Origin: Mobula hypostoma
Lineage: Eukaryota
Direction: 5' to 3'
Assembly: GCF_963921235.1 (NCBI RefSeq)
Contig: NC_086097.1
Span: 157,544,001-157,608,000 of the forward strand
DNA length: 64,000 nucleotides
Under the pieces are notes generated by a model. The model was not told the DNA's origin, searched no databases, and saw only the letters and a list, made by a program, of their open reading frames with translations. Of this stretch, positions 1 through 11,952 are shown piece by piece. The position numbers and the translations under genes were made by a program. Position 1 is the first letter of the stretch. Each line of letters opens with the position of its first letter.

Positions 1-110
1 CAATATCGCCCTATACCCAATCCAAGTAACATATTAGTGAATCTCCTCTACAATTCTTCCATCACAATCACATCCTTCCTCTAGTGCCATCCAAAACTGG
101 GTGCATTGAG
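1..110 (-). mobile_element. Old CR1 LINE remnant (RT C-terminal region)
   Basis: GTGAATCTCCTCTACAA...CACATCCTTCCT...CCAAAACTG resembles the antisense CR1 segments at 12930-12995 and 46100-46170. Confidence 0.5.
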
Positions 111-408
111 CAACTTGCATCATTCCAAAATATTCTATTTTTTACCAGCATAGAAAAGTAGGGCTGAATCGCCTCTTCCTGTGATGTGAATTTCTAACAT
201 CCTAAGATAATTGCATGATAGAAAGAGAACCAAAGGGAACTTAGTTCTGTTGTTTGTTTTGTGAAGAATACATATTCATTGAAACATTGTTTGTCTTAAT
301 GTATGGTTGCCCCCATGCCATAAGACAACAATCTAGACTTTTCTCCAGCCCTGCTTGTTATTCGCCAATCTATGGCACAAGACCCAGCTCCAGAACCATC
401 CAGCAAGA

Positions 409-509
409 CAGTGAGTGGCAAACAGGCCTCAGGAGGTGGAAACATTGAGTGGCAACCAGGCCTCAGGAGGTGGAAACAGTGAGTGGCAACCAGGCCTCAG
501 GAGGTGAAA
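409..509. repeat. Minisatellite, 3 x 34 bp
   Basis: CAGTGAGTGGCAA(A/C)CAGGCCTCAGGAGGTGGAAA at 409-442, 443-476 and 477-509, near-identical, no spacers. Confidence 0.95.
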
Positions 510-1223
510 GCCGGTAGGTCACCATGAATTTTCCAGTGGGCTTTCAGACAGCTCAGAGCTGTCAAAAACCTTAATAACTGGTTTTAAATATCTCTGAAAA
601 TTAGAGATGTTTAAGAACAGATCAAATAGATCAAAAACAGACAAGTAAATAGATATTTAATAAAGCATAAATAAGCAAACAATTATTATTTATTAAGATT
701 TATTAAATACAATTGAAAAGGTAGAAATTAATTATAAATAACAACTGATGGGAAAACAAGTTTCTAGTCGCAGGAATGAATGTTTCAGCCAATGCCTAGT
801 TTATGCTATTACGATTTATGGATTGATTACAAACATAGCAGTTTCCAAATGAAAAACTGACAACCACAGAGCAAAAGCTATAAAACAAAATCCCAAAGAT
901 TTATCTCTGTGCATTAATACTACAAAGGTTAGGATAAAAATAGATCTTTGATTGCTTGGTGCTTACCAGTAGCTATAGGTTATACTGATGGAATATCTTT
1001 AAGAGAATACAATGGATAGGCAACACTAATGCACATTTGGGTGTCAATCAAAAACAAATTTTCATCCAGTTATGTTTTATGGACAGCATTAGTGATCTAA
1101 GGACAGACTGGCATACTTGAATAATAAGCAGAAAAGAAAACTTGTCTTCTTATGATGATGTATGCTAGTTGACAAACTAGTCTCTTGTGGAAGCTTTACC
1201 TCAAAAATGGCATACAATGGATG

Positions 1224-1851
1224 AGAATATAGAAGCTAGCATGTAATGCTGAGGCTTTATAAGACACTGGTGAGGCCTTAATTGGAGTATTGTGGGCAGC
1301 TTTAGGCTTCTTATCTAAGAAAAGATGTGTTGACATTGGAGGGGGTTGAATGGAGGCTCACAGAAATTATTCCAGGATTGAAAGGTTTATCATTTGAGGA
1401 GTGTTTGATGGCTCTTGGCCTGTTCTCACTGGAAGTCAGAAGAATGAGTGGTGGCGGTGGGGGGGGGGATCTCATTGAAACCTATCAAAAGTTGAAAAGC
1501 TTTGATAGAGTGCATGTGGAGAGAATGTTTCCTGTGGTGGGGGAGTCAAAGACCAGAGGACGCAGCTTCAGAATAGAGGGACATCCATTTATAATGTGAT
1601 AAGAAGAAATTTCTTTAGCCAGAGAGTGGTAGATCTGTGGAGTTCATTGCCACAGGCAGCTGTGGAGGCCAAGTAATCAGGTATATTTATGGCAGAGGTT
1701 GATAGATTCTTGATTAGTCAGGGCATAAAGAGATATGGGCAGAAGGTAAAAGATTGGGGCTGAGAGGGAAATAGATCAGGTATGGTGAAATGGTGGAGCA
1801 GACTCAAAGGGCCAAGTAGCCTAATTCTGCTCCTGTATCTTATGGTCTTAT
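1224..1851 (+). mobile_element. 5'-truncated CR1 LINE (RT C-terminus + 3' UTR)
   Basis: ORF 1327..1599 (LFSLEVRRM..GDLIETYQ..MFPVVGESKTRG); ends in a TCTTATGGTCTTAT tail. Confidence 0.92.
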
Positions 1852-2230
1852 TGTCTAGGTGTTCGACTGGCAATAATTATCACCCAACTTTTGCTCAGTG
1901 CTATCTAGAACAAGCAGTTTATAACATTAAAATATATTCTGTAGCTGACACAATAAATAGTATGACAACATTGCTGTATTATTAAATGAGTCACTGCTTG
2001 TTTTCTTTACTGCAATCATTCTGTGGTCACAAAATACTGATTTCTACAACATTCATTGCTACAAATTTTGTTGTATGATATACTGTATGTGGTGCATAGT
2101 AGAAATACATGAACAGTGAATACGGCTGAGAATATCTCTGGAGAATTGTTTTATGTGATGCTGTACGCATTCCTTGCGTTACTGCATTAATCATTTCAAT
2201 CCTTTAGCTGCAATATGAAGGGAATAAAAA

Positions 2231-2708
2231 GCCACCCTCAGGGTGGAGGAGCAACACCTTATATTCCATCTGGATAGCCTCCAATCTGAAGGCATGAATA
2301 TAGATTTCAACTTCCGGTTAAAAAAATTACCTCTCACTTCCCCCTTCTTCTATTCTCCACTCTGGCTTCTTACTTCTCCTCACCTGCCTATCATCTGCCC
2401 TGGTGCCCCTCCTCCTTCCCTTTCTTCTATGGTCCACTCTCCTCCCCTATCAGATTCCTTCTTCTCCAGCACTCTACCTTTCCCTCCCACCTGGCTTCAC
2501 CTATCACCTTCTAGCTATCCTCCTTCCCCAAACCCCACCTTTTTATTCTGGCATTTTCCCCCTTCGTCTCCAATCCTGAAGAAAGGTCTCGGCCCAAATT
2601 GTCAATTGTTTATTCATTTCCACGGGTGCTGCCTGACGTGTAGAGCTCCTCCAGTATTTTCTGAGTGCTGCTTTGGATTTCCTGCACTGCAGAATTTCTT
2701 GTGTTTAT
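2231..2708 (+). mobile_element. Penelope-like element 3' end with decayed hammerhead motif (2572-2607)
   Basis: EEQHLIFHLDSLQSEGMNIDF end of the GIY-YIG domain, pyrimidine-rich UTR, CTGAAGAAAGGTCTCGGCCC motif, terminus CTGCAGAATTTCTTGTGTTT. Confidence 0.9.
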
Positions 2709-2904
2709 AAATGGCAAAAAACTGTGACGGGTGACTTTTATAGGGCAGAAGTCTTCAATCTAAATGTGAAGATTTAGTAATTTTTTTGCCATCTAAGGTT
2801 TCTTTTGACACTTTTTTTCAATAATCACTATTTGCTTCCAGAATGAGCCTACATTTTTAATCTATGCACTAAGGAATTTGTGCAGCATTTGTGTTGCTCT
2901 ATTG

Positions 2905-3669
2905 ATATTCACAGATGACATCACTGTTATTAGTAACATCTCTGAAGGTGATGCAGAGACCCAGTGGAGTAAGATAGTTCTGCTGGTTGAGTCATAACTG
3001 CAACTTTATAATCAATACAAGACAAAAGAATTGACTATGGACTTCAAGAAGGAGAAGCAGGACTCAACAGTCATCATTGAGGGGCCAAAGTTGGAAAGGT
3101 CGAGCAGCTTTAAATTCATGGGGTTAACACCTTGGAGGATCTATCCTGGGCTCAACACATCATTGCAGGCAGCCACACCAGTGGCTCCACTGTTTCAGAA
3201 CCTTAAGGAGATTTCAGATGTCATGAAAGACTCTTATGAATTTCTATACATGTGCGGTGGAGAGCATTCTGACTGGAATGGTGCCTGTATGAAGACCCCA
3301 ATGCACAGGATCTCAAGAGGATGCAAAAGGCTGGTAGACTCAGCCACTTGAATGTGTACAACCCTTCCCACCATCAAGGACAACTTCAGGAAGCGGTGTC
3401 ACAAGAAGGCAGCTTTCATCACTGAGAACTTTCACCAGCTCGGGCATGCCCTCTTTTTGTGAGTGCCGTCAGGGAGGATGTACGGGAGTCTGAAGACCCA
3501 CACTCAATGATACAGTCAGTCCATGAATCCATGAACACCACTTAGTTTTTCCTTTTCTTGCATTATTTATTTATTTTGTAAATGATAGTAATTTTATCCC
3601 TTGGCTCTGCACTGCTGATACAAAACAATGAATTGCATGCCTTATAATAAGCCTGATTCTGATTCTGAT
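2905..3669 (+). mobile_element. Rex1/Babar LINE 3' fragment
   Basis: ORF 3031..3351 (MDFKK..VIIEG..ERSSSFKFMG); (CTGATT)n tail at about 3652-3669. Confidence 0.8.
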
Positions 3670-4904
3670 CTTGGTAAAGTACCAAACATTAAATTAGAAA
3701 AGTATCAGTAAACTTACTTACTCTGTGAATTCTATTGCTGTGTATACTTCCTGAGTTCATTCATTTCCATGCAATGGATCAAACAGATCATAAGTCCCCT
3801 ACTCTCCCCAGATCAGCCACAGTGACAAATCATATATCTTCTACTCCATACTACATGAGAGGCTGTGTCAGAAACAGTGGAGGGAGGGAGTGTACAATTG
3901 GAGTCTATCAGAACAGCCATGTTCAAAATGGAGGAACAGGTGGGGCCGAGTTCAAAATACTTTTTTTTAAGTAAAAGCTTTGCATTTCTAATTGATAAAT
4001 TGTTGGTGGGAGCATTTGTAGTATTACAACTTACATACCAAAATCAGAGCAATTTTAGTATGGATCCCATTTCACACTTTACTGCAAAAGATTATAATAA
4101 CGGATTAAACTTTAATATTTAAATTACACGGTGAGACTCATGAAATAAAAACTTCTAAAAGTTCCTGTAATTTATAGAATATCTTCTGCTGTTGCCAAGT
4201 GTTTCAGGAAAATCCATGCAACTTTTTGACTGCTGTAGAATATGGCTGAGTACTCAAGATGAAGACTAATTCTAACCTTCATTGGCCCTCTCCAGCCCTG
4301 CAATATCTAGCTATCATTCATTCAATACAGTTTTACATGTGATGAGATGAAACATAGATGCTAAGACTAAATTATCCCAAGCTGTATTACCTTGCTTTCT
4401 CTTGCATAAGGAAAAAGTGTCATATATTTAGTGGCGTGATGCTTGCTTAACCCATTTTTGATGTAGATTCCTGGTCCAGGGATTATGTGACAGTGCAGAA
4501 GGACATCACGGTCATGCTTACAATGGAGACTAAAGAACACAATTACCTTGATTGTATTTAAATAACTTCTGATGAAAATGTAGGATTTACGGTTGCTTGG
4601 AGAAGACAGGATTAAGGTTAACCTACACATTAAGGGACTTCTGGCAGAGCTGTCTGAGTTGAAAGAGTAGAAGTGGTCATTTGAGCAAGAACTAGTAATG
4701 TAGCATGCTCAAGTGATAGGGGAAAAGAAATGATCGGACAACTAATGCAATGTGACTTTACAAATGAAGAAGTACCACTTCAGATGATCTTGCAGCCAGT
4801 GATGCAAAACTGTGAAATAACAATGAAGCTGCTCCCGCTCCACTGCCCTGCCTGTCATTCATTTAGTGCACTATCAATCTGTTTGTTTATTTATCCAGGT
4901 ACAC

Positions 4905-5136
4905 CATGGAATGCTGCCTAGAAAGCCCTGATTTAACCCAAGCCTAATCACAGAACAATTTACAATGACCAATTAACTGAACAGCCTGTACATCTTTGGA
5001 CTGTGGGAGGAAACCACAGCACCTGGAGAAAACCCATACGGTCACAGGGATAACACACGGACTCTTTACGGACAGCGCTGCAAATTGAACCCGAGTCGCT
5101 GGCACTGTAAAGCGTTGTGCTAACCACCATACCACC
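4905..5136 (-). mobile_element. tRNA-derived V-SINE (HE1-like)
   Basis: Minus strand shows a tRNA-like head (TGGTGGTTAGC..GGGTTCAAT) and V-domain GGTTTTCTCCAGGTGCTGTGGTTTCCTCCCACAGTCCAAAGA..TTAATTGG. Confidence 0.85.
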
Positions 5137-5391
5137 CAATCAAGGAGAAAAATTACACAAGTACATAATAAATTAATGAAATGTCAATTACAATTCTAAG
5201 AGCAAAATTGCCATGATAGTTTTGGCAATTTACTGCTTGCTACACTGTCATTTTATTCCAAATGTAAATTATTTACTGCTTTATATTCACACTTTCTTCC
5301 ACATATAATCAAAAAAACACAAACTCTTACAATGCAATATAGGATCTTTCCCTCTATAAATGTACACTATTATTACAAAGCTTGCACGGTT

Positions 5392-5600
5392 CATTTCAAA
5401 CTTCAAAGTAAAATTTATTATCAGAGTACATACATATCACCACATACAACCCGATATTCTTTTTCTACGGGGATGCTTAGCAAATCTATAGAACAGTAAC
5501 TGTAAACAGAATCAAACTGTGCAAATGCAAATATAGATAAATAGCAATAAATAACGAGCATGAAAAAACATGATAAAGAGTAGTTAAACAGAACCATGAC
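5392..5600 (-). mobile_element. Rex-type LINE 3' UTR/tail fragment
   Basis: TTCAAACTTCAAAGTAAAATTTATTATCAGAGTACAT matches the tail of the Rex1 fragment at 31645-31696. Confidence 0.7.
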
Positions 5601-5721
5601 ATGACTTCATTTTCTGCTACTGCACGAAACTGGAATTGCAAATGTAATGAGGAATAAAATACACTGAAGTGTACTTTGCATTTGACAATACTTAAGAAGC
5701 ATCACAGGAAAATAAATTGGG

Positions 5722-5990
5722 CACCACTTCACTGCCCTGAAGTTACTCCCTCCATCACCAGGACAAACAGGCTCCAGTAGGTATTACCTAACAAAACACA
5801 GTACATTACAAATTTGAAACATATTCCTGTTGTGTCATCATCATTGGCTCTAAATCCTGCAATACCTTAGTCAATGACACCATTATGTACTTTTACCCTG
5901 CAAACTACAGCAGATTGAGATGGCAGCTTTCCACCAATGCCAAAGACATTGGGGATTAACAATAAATACAAAATGACCCATTTAACCTTT
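5722..5990 (+). mobile_element. Ancient LINE (CR1/L2 group) 3' remnant
   Basis: TCTAAATCCTG..GGCAGCTTTCCACCA..ATTGGGGATTAACAATAAAT; related antisense copy near 40115-40290. Confidence 0.5.
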
Positions 5991-6865
5991 GTCCCATGAA
6001 AGAGTTTCAAGATAGTAGTAGCCAAACACAAACCAATGATTTGACCAGTTACTCTGATGAAAGTTTCTAAATTGCATCATTAATCCCAGTTTATCCACAA
6101 TTAGAAGGGATTAAGTAATACATTACAAGCACATAAATTTACCTTCATTCAGCTATATTTGCCACTTTGCTACAAAGAGCAGAAATAATTTCTATTAGTT
6201 GGCAATCATGGTCAATAAAAGAAAGGGCAATTTTGAAATAAAACACTGTTTCTTTACATGATTTTTTAAAAATAGGTATTTGCCTTCCAGTCAGTAACAG
6301 CACAACAGTTAATGGCTAAGAGTTTCAGACACAAAACCAGAGAGACTTTAATCTGTGTTAATTGTTGCCAGCAATACCAAGCATGCAAAACAAAATGATG
6401 GTGGCATATAGCATTCACTTTGCAGTGTTAAGTAAAACAAATCATGGTGCAAGTGTGTAAATTGTTTCCTTTGTCCTCGTTAAATGCATCAACTGAACAT
6501 TAATTTGTTGAGGAGTATATGAATGGAACTTTTGCGTTGGATGTTTCAGAAATATTTACTTACAGCCTGCAAATTCCAATCAGCATGTTACACTTTCTTT
6601 TGTTCTTCTAGTTTTCCCCAGGCCTCCCCTGATGATATCAATTTACAATCAAGTGTGCTTCTTCAAACACCAATTAGTTTTCATTCCTTTTCCCTGCTGA
6701 GCTAGAAAAGCTGGAAGAATTGCTACTGATGTACTCAATTCTGTTATTGCCAGGCATTGATGTTTGCACATGCTCAGTCTGGCATCACTACATAGTGACC
6801 TGGGATAAGCGCCCTGGCTATATTTCCCCCTCTTCAAGCAAGTATTGGCAAGCTTAACAGTTAAC

Positions 6866-8597
6866 CATACAAATACTGGAGGAACTAAGCAGGTCAAGCA
6901 GTATCCATAGAAATGGACAAACAGTCAACATTTTGGGCTGAGACCATTCTTCAGGACTGGAAAGTAAGGCAGAACATGCCAGAATAAAAAGGTGGGGGGG
7001 GTGGGGGAATGAGGTAGAAGGTGATAGGTGAAGCTAGCTGGGTGTGAAAGATACATGGCTGAGAGAAAGGAATCTGATAGGAGAGGAAAATGGACAATAG
7101 GGGATAGGGAAGGAGGAGGAGCACCAGGGAGACGTGACGGGCAGGTGCAAAGAGGGGAGGGGGAGGGAACTTTTTTTAATGTGAAGGAGATATCAATATT
7201 CGCATCAGGTTGGATACTACCCAAATGGAATATAAGGTGTTGCTCCTCCACCCTGAGGGTGACCTCATCAAGGCACAAGTGCTTGTCAAATTCATCAACT
7301 TTGCCTTCAACTTCCACCCTGCCCTTAAAATCACCTAGCCTATTTCTGATACTTCTCTATCCTTTCTTCATCCCTCTGTCTCCATCTCTGGAGGCAAGCT
7401 GTCTACTAACATCTTTCGTTAACCTACCGATCCCACGGCTTTCTTGATTATATCTCTTCCCACAGTGTCTCCTGTAAAAATGCTGTTCCCTTTTCTCAGT
7501 TCCTTCTACTGTGCTGCATCTGCTCCCAAGATGAAGCTTTCCTTTTCAGGACATCAGAGATGTTCTCCTCCTTCAAAGTAATAGGGTTTTCCTTCCTCCA
7601 CCATTGATGCTGCCCTCACCTGCATCTCCTCCATTTCCTGGACATATGTGCCCACACAATCTTACCACTTCCTTCGCAGTAATAGAGTTAGTCTTGTCTT
7701 TACCTACCACCCCATGAACCTCCACACCCAACACATCATTCTCCTCCATTCCTGCAACCTCCAAGGGGATTCTATCACCAAACACATCTTTCCTCTCTCT
7801 CACTCTCCACTTTTCACTGGGATCACTCCCTCCATGATTCCTTCTCCATTTGTCCCTCCCCACTAATCTCCCTCCCAGTACTTATCCCTGCAAGTGGCCA
7901 AAGTGTTAACCCTGATCATTCACCTCCTCCCTCACCTACATTCAGGACCCCATACTATCCTTCGGAGTGTGGCAACACTTCACCTGCAAATCTGCTGGGT
8001 CGTCTATTGTATCCAGTGGTCCAAATGTGGCCTCTACTCTATTGGTGAGACCCATCGTAAATTGGAAGACCACTTTGTTGAGCACCTCTGCTCCACCTGC
8101 CAAAAGTGGAACTTCCCGGTGACCAAACCTTTTAATTCCTTTTCCCATTCCCGTTTCGACATGTCAGTCCATGGCCTACTTTTGTGCCATGTTGAGGCCA
8201 CCCTCAAGGTGGAAGAAAAACATCTTACATTCAGTCTGGCTAGCCTCCAAGCTTATGGCATGAATATCAATTTCTCCTTCTGGTAAAAAAAGAATTCCTC
8301 CCCCTTCCCTTTTCTTCTATTCCCCACTCTGACCTCTTATCTCTTCTCACCCACCTATCACCTCCCCCTGGCGCCCATCCTCCTTTCCTTTTTCCTATGG
8401 TCCACTCTCTTCTCCTATCAGATTCCTTCCTCCTTCCCCTCCCCCCACCTTATTATTCTGGCATCTTTCCCTTTCCTTTCCGGTCCTGAAGAATGGTCTT
8501 GGCCTGAAATGTTGACAATTTATTCATTCCTGCCTGAATGTTGGGTTCTTCCTGCATTTTGTGCTGAATTTCATCATCTGAAGAAATTCTTGTGATT
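6866..8597. mobile_element. Penelope-like element with inverted 5' arm (arm 6866-~7278 minus; body ~7280-8597 plus)
   Basis: Plus-strand RT C-terminal remnants and GIY-YIG (ORF 7894..8286 VVYCIQWSKCGLYSIGETHRKLEDHFVEHL); minus arm repeats EEQHLIFHLGSIQPD and the UTR; decayed hammerheads at 6922-6959 (-) and 8482-8516 (+). Confidence 0.9.
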
Positions 8598-8620
8598 ATG
8601 AGTTGGCCACCAGGTACTTC

Positions 8621-8960
8621 AGGCTGTGGTAGCATAGTGGTCAAATTACGAGAGTGATATTCAAAACCTGAGAGTATTGATCATGAAATATGTTCAAATT
8701 ACACTGTGGAAGCTGGGGAGTTTTAATTTAAATTTTAACGATCCAATGTCAGTAAAAATGGCAGAAATTGACTGGATTGTAGTAAAAACCCATTAGCTCG
8801 TTATTGTCCTTCAGGTTATCTGTTATACTGATTCAGCCCAAGAGTGATTTTATACCTGCCTACCAATGTGTTTGGCTTTTAGTTACAATCAGAAATGGCC
8901 AAGAAACCACTCAATTAAGAATTAATTATGAATGGCAGTAAATATTTGCCACATTCTCAG
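8621..8960 (+). mobile_element. Old tRNA-derived SINE of chondrichthyan type
   Basis: A-box-like GGTAGCATAGTGG, B-box-like TGTTCAAAT, body GGATTGTAGTAAAAACCCAT..TGTCCTTCAGG; related minus-strand remnants near 36040-36200 and 38430-38600. Confidence 0.6.
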
Positions 8961-9317
8961 AGCAAACAGATGAAGGAAAAGCACATGTTTGTTAAGCCAG
9001 TCTGATCTGAGAGCTTCTAAACAGGATGGCCAAGTTCCCAAACAAATAGAGAAATTAATCGTAAACCATTTGGAAAGGATATGGCTTTCCTGTAGCCTGA
9101 AAAATATAGGCAAGATTTTATAGAGTCATAGAGTTATACAACATAGAATAGGCTCTTTGACATGCTTAACATGCTAACCATTAAGCCTATGTATACTAAT
9201 CCCATTTGCCTGCATTAGACCCATTTCACCCTAATTCTTCCCTATCCCATAAACTGGTTAACTGCCTTTCAATGCTGAAATTACATCTGCCTCTATTATT
9301 TCCACTGGCAGCTTGTG

Positions 9318-10178
9318 GGTGGAACTATGAAGGTGCTCAACAGCGACTCCTTTGATCTCATCTGTGGAAACAACATAACTTCTAACTTTAATGTCTCTCT
9401 TTTTCCTTTACAAGGTTGATGGGGTTCTGTCGAGGACCCTAACCTGGAGCTACACAGACTTTGTCTTTTGCTGCGGAGGGACCCGTTCCTGAGGGGTCAC
9501 GACTGGCCATTTTTCAATATCCCTAAGATGTGGCCTAGAAGGTGATCGCGCCTTCGGAGTTCCTAGGTTTTGCAGCACTGGCGACAAGCAACTCTATGAT
9601 GGTGTTGCCAACTGAAGTGCTGTGGGAGAAAACGGAACATTGGGAACAGCGGAGCGGCTGTTGGGGTCTCTGTATTCTGCGAATCGTGTGCTCTCTCATT
9701 GATGGGAGAGAGTTTGTTGCTGATTCCTGAGTTGGAGAACTCGGGGTGGGGGGGGGGAAAGAGTGATGTAGCAGACAGTTACATCATAATCAGTGAGTTA
9801 TTTGTCTTTGCTGGTTTCCCCACTTGCTGTAAAAGGGGGCACCTCTCTGCCCCTTTATTAGGAAGAGAGGGAGCCTGTGGTGTGTTGAATCTTTGGGTGA
9901 ATGATTAGTTTTTGTTGTTCTGCAGATCATGGTCTTTCTTGGGGACTTTGCTATTGATTGCTTGGTGGGTGGAGAGTGCTGGTGTTTGTTTTGCTGAAGT
10001 CAGCAGGGGAGGGGAGGGCCATTGCTTTGCTGCTTGTGTGGGGGAGAGGGGAGTAGGGGGTTTGGGGGATCTAACATTTTTACTGTCACTCATTCTTTGG
10101 GGCATTCTGTTTTCGTGGATGTCTGCAAGGAACAAGAATTTCACAATGTATATTGTACACATTCCCTGATATTAAATG
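9318..10178 (+). mobile_element. Unclassified non-coding interspersed repeat with Rex-like 3' end
   Basis: No credible ORF; 3' end GTGGATGTCTGCAAGGAACAAGAATTTCA..ATTAAATG resembles 29925-29995 and Rex-type tails. Confidence 0.55.
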
Positions 10179-10658
10179 GATCAGTGCTGGGTCCATTGTT
10201 ATTTGTCATCTATATCAATGATCTGGATAATAATGTGGTAAAATTGGATCAGCAAATTTGCTGATGATACAAAGATTGGAGGTGTAGTGGACAGTGAGGA
10301 AGGTTTTCAAAGCTTGCAGAGGGATTTGGACCTGCTGGAAAAATGGGCTGAGAAATGGCAGATGGAGTTTAATACAGTCAAGTGTGAGGTATTGCACTTT
10401 GGAAGGACAAACCAAGGTAGAACATACAAGGTAAATGGTAGGGCGCTAAGGAGAGCAGTAGAATAGAGGGATCTGGGAATACAGATACAAAATTCCCTAA
10501 AAGTGGCGTCACAGGTAGATAGGGTTGTAAAGAGAGCTTCTGGTACATTGGCCTTTATAAATCAAAGTATTGAGTATAAGAGTTGGAATGTTATGGTGAC
10601 ACACATAAAAGTTGCTGGTGAACGCAGCAGGCCAGGCAGCATCTGTAGGAAGAGGTGC

Positions 10659-10694
10659 AGTCGACGTTTCAGGCCGAGACCCTTCGTCAGGACT
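10659..10694 (-). ncRNA. Minimal type I hammerhead ribozyme motif (intact)
   Basis: Reverse complement reads AGTC CTGACGA AGG-GTCTCGG-CCT GAAA CGTC GACT. Confidence 0.85.
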
Positions 10695-11315
10695 AACTGA
10701 AGATAGAGTGATTAAGGGATTTGAAAGTTGGAGGGGGAGGGAGGGATCCAAAATGATAGGAGGAGACAGGAGGGGGAGGGATGGAGCCAAGAGCTGGACA
10801 GGTGATAGGCAAAAGGGATACGAGAGGATCATGGGACAGGAGGTCCAGGAAGAAAGACGGGGGGGGGGGACCCAGAGGATGGGCAAGGGGTATATTCGGA
10901 GGGACAGAGGGAGAAAAAGGAGAGTGAGAGAAAGAATGTGTGTATAAAAATAAGTAACAGATGGGATACGGGGGGAGGTGGGGCATTAGCAGAAGTTAGA
11001 GAAGTCGATGTTCATGCCATCAGGTTGGAGGCTACCCAGACGGAATATAAGGTGTTGTTCCTCCAACCCGAGTGTGGCTTCATCTTTACAGTAGAGGAGG
11101 CCGTGGACAGACATGTCAGAATGGGAATGGGATGTGGAATTAAAATGTGTGGCCACTGGGAGATCCTGCTTTCTCTGGCGGACAGAGCGTAGATGTTCAG
11201 CAAAGCGGTCTCCCAGTCTGCGTCAGGTCTCGCCAATATATAAAAGGCCACATCGGGAGCACCGGATGCAGTATATCACCCCAGTCGACTCACAGGTGAA
11301 GTGTTGCCTCACCAG

Positions 11316-11621
11316 GAATCGGCTGGGGTGATATACTGCGTCCGGTGCTCCCGATGTGGACTTTTATATATTGGCGAGACCCGACGCAGACTGGGAGACC
11401 GCTTTGCTGAACATCTACGCTCTGTCCGCCAGAGAAAGCAGGATCTCCCAGTGGCCACACATTTTAATTCCGCATCCCATTCCCATTCTGACATGTCTAT
11501 CCACGGCCTCCTCTACTGTAAAGATGAAGCCACACTCAGGTTGGAGGAACAACACCTTATATTCCGTCTGGGTAGCCTCCAACCTGATGGCATGAACATC
11601 GACTTCTCTAACTTCCGCTAA
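11316..11621 (+). pseudogene. GIY-YIG endonuclease domain of a Penelope-like element (5'-truncated, open frame)
   Basis: GVIYCVRCSRCGLLYIGETRRRLGDRFAEHLRSV..PVATHFN..LEEQHLIFRLGSLQPDGMN: VIY..YIG motif with CxxC, conserved R, H, E and N. Confidence 0.93.
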
Positions 11622-11916
11622 TACCCCACCTCCCCCTCGTACCCCATCTGTCACTTATTTTTATATACACATTCTTTCTCTCACTCTCCTTTTTCTCCTT
11701 CTGTCCCTCTGAATATACCCCTTGCCCATCCTCTGGGTCCCCCCCCCACCTTGTCTTTCTTCCCGGACCTCCTGTCCCATGATCCTCTCGTATCCCTTTT
11801 GCCTATCACCTGTCCAGCTCTTGGCTCCATCCCTCCCCCTCCTGTCTTCTCCTATCATTTTGGATCTCCCCCTCCCCCTCCAACTTTCAAATCCCTTACT
11901 CACTCTTCCTTCAATT

Positions 11917-11952
11917 AGTCCTGACGAAGGGTCTCGGCCTGAAACGTCGACT
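11917..11952 (+). ncRNA. Minimal type I hammerhead ribozyme motif (intact; predicted cleavage after C11948)
   Basis: Stem I AGTC/GACT, core CTGACGA, stem II AGG/CCT, GAAA, palindromic ACGT stem III, GTC cleavage triplet. Confidence 0.87.

Noticed and set aside
409..509. CRISPR-like repeat length (34 bp)
   Set aside because: The units are contiguous with no unique spacers, there are no cas genes and the context is eukaryotic.
3712..3800. Strong minus-strand donor CAGA|GTAAGT
   Set aside because: All three upstream frames hit stops within a short distance and there is no good acceptor.
4905..5136. Possible tRNA gene
   Set aside because: Only a degenerate tRNA-like SINE head followed by a V-domain; no cloverleaf. 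The same applies to 17168 and 42826-43365.
6858..8610. TSD for the 6866-8597 foldback (AGTTAACCA vs AGTTGGCCA)
   Set aside because: Two mismatches in nine bases; too weak to claim.
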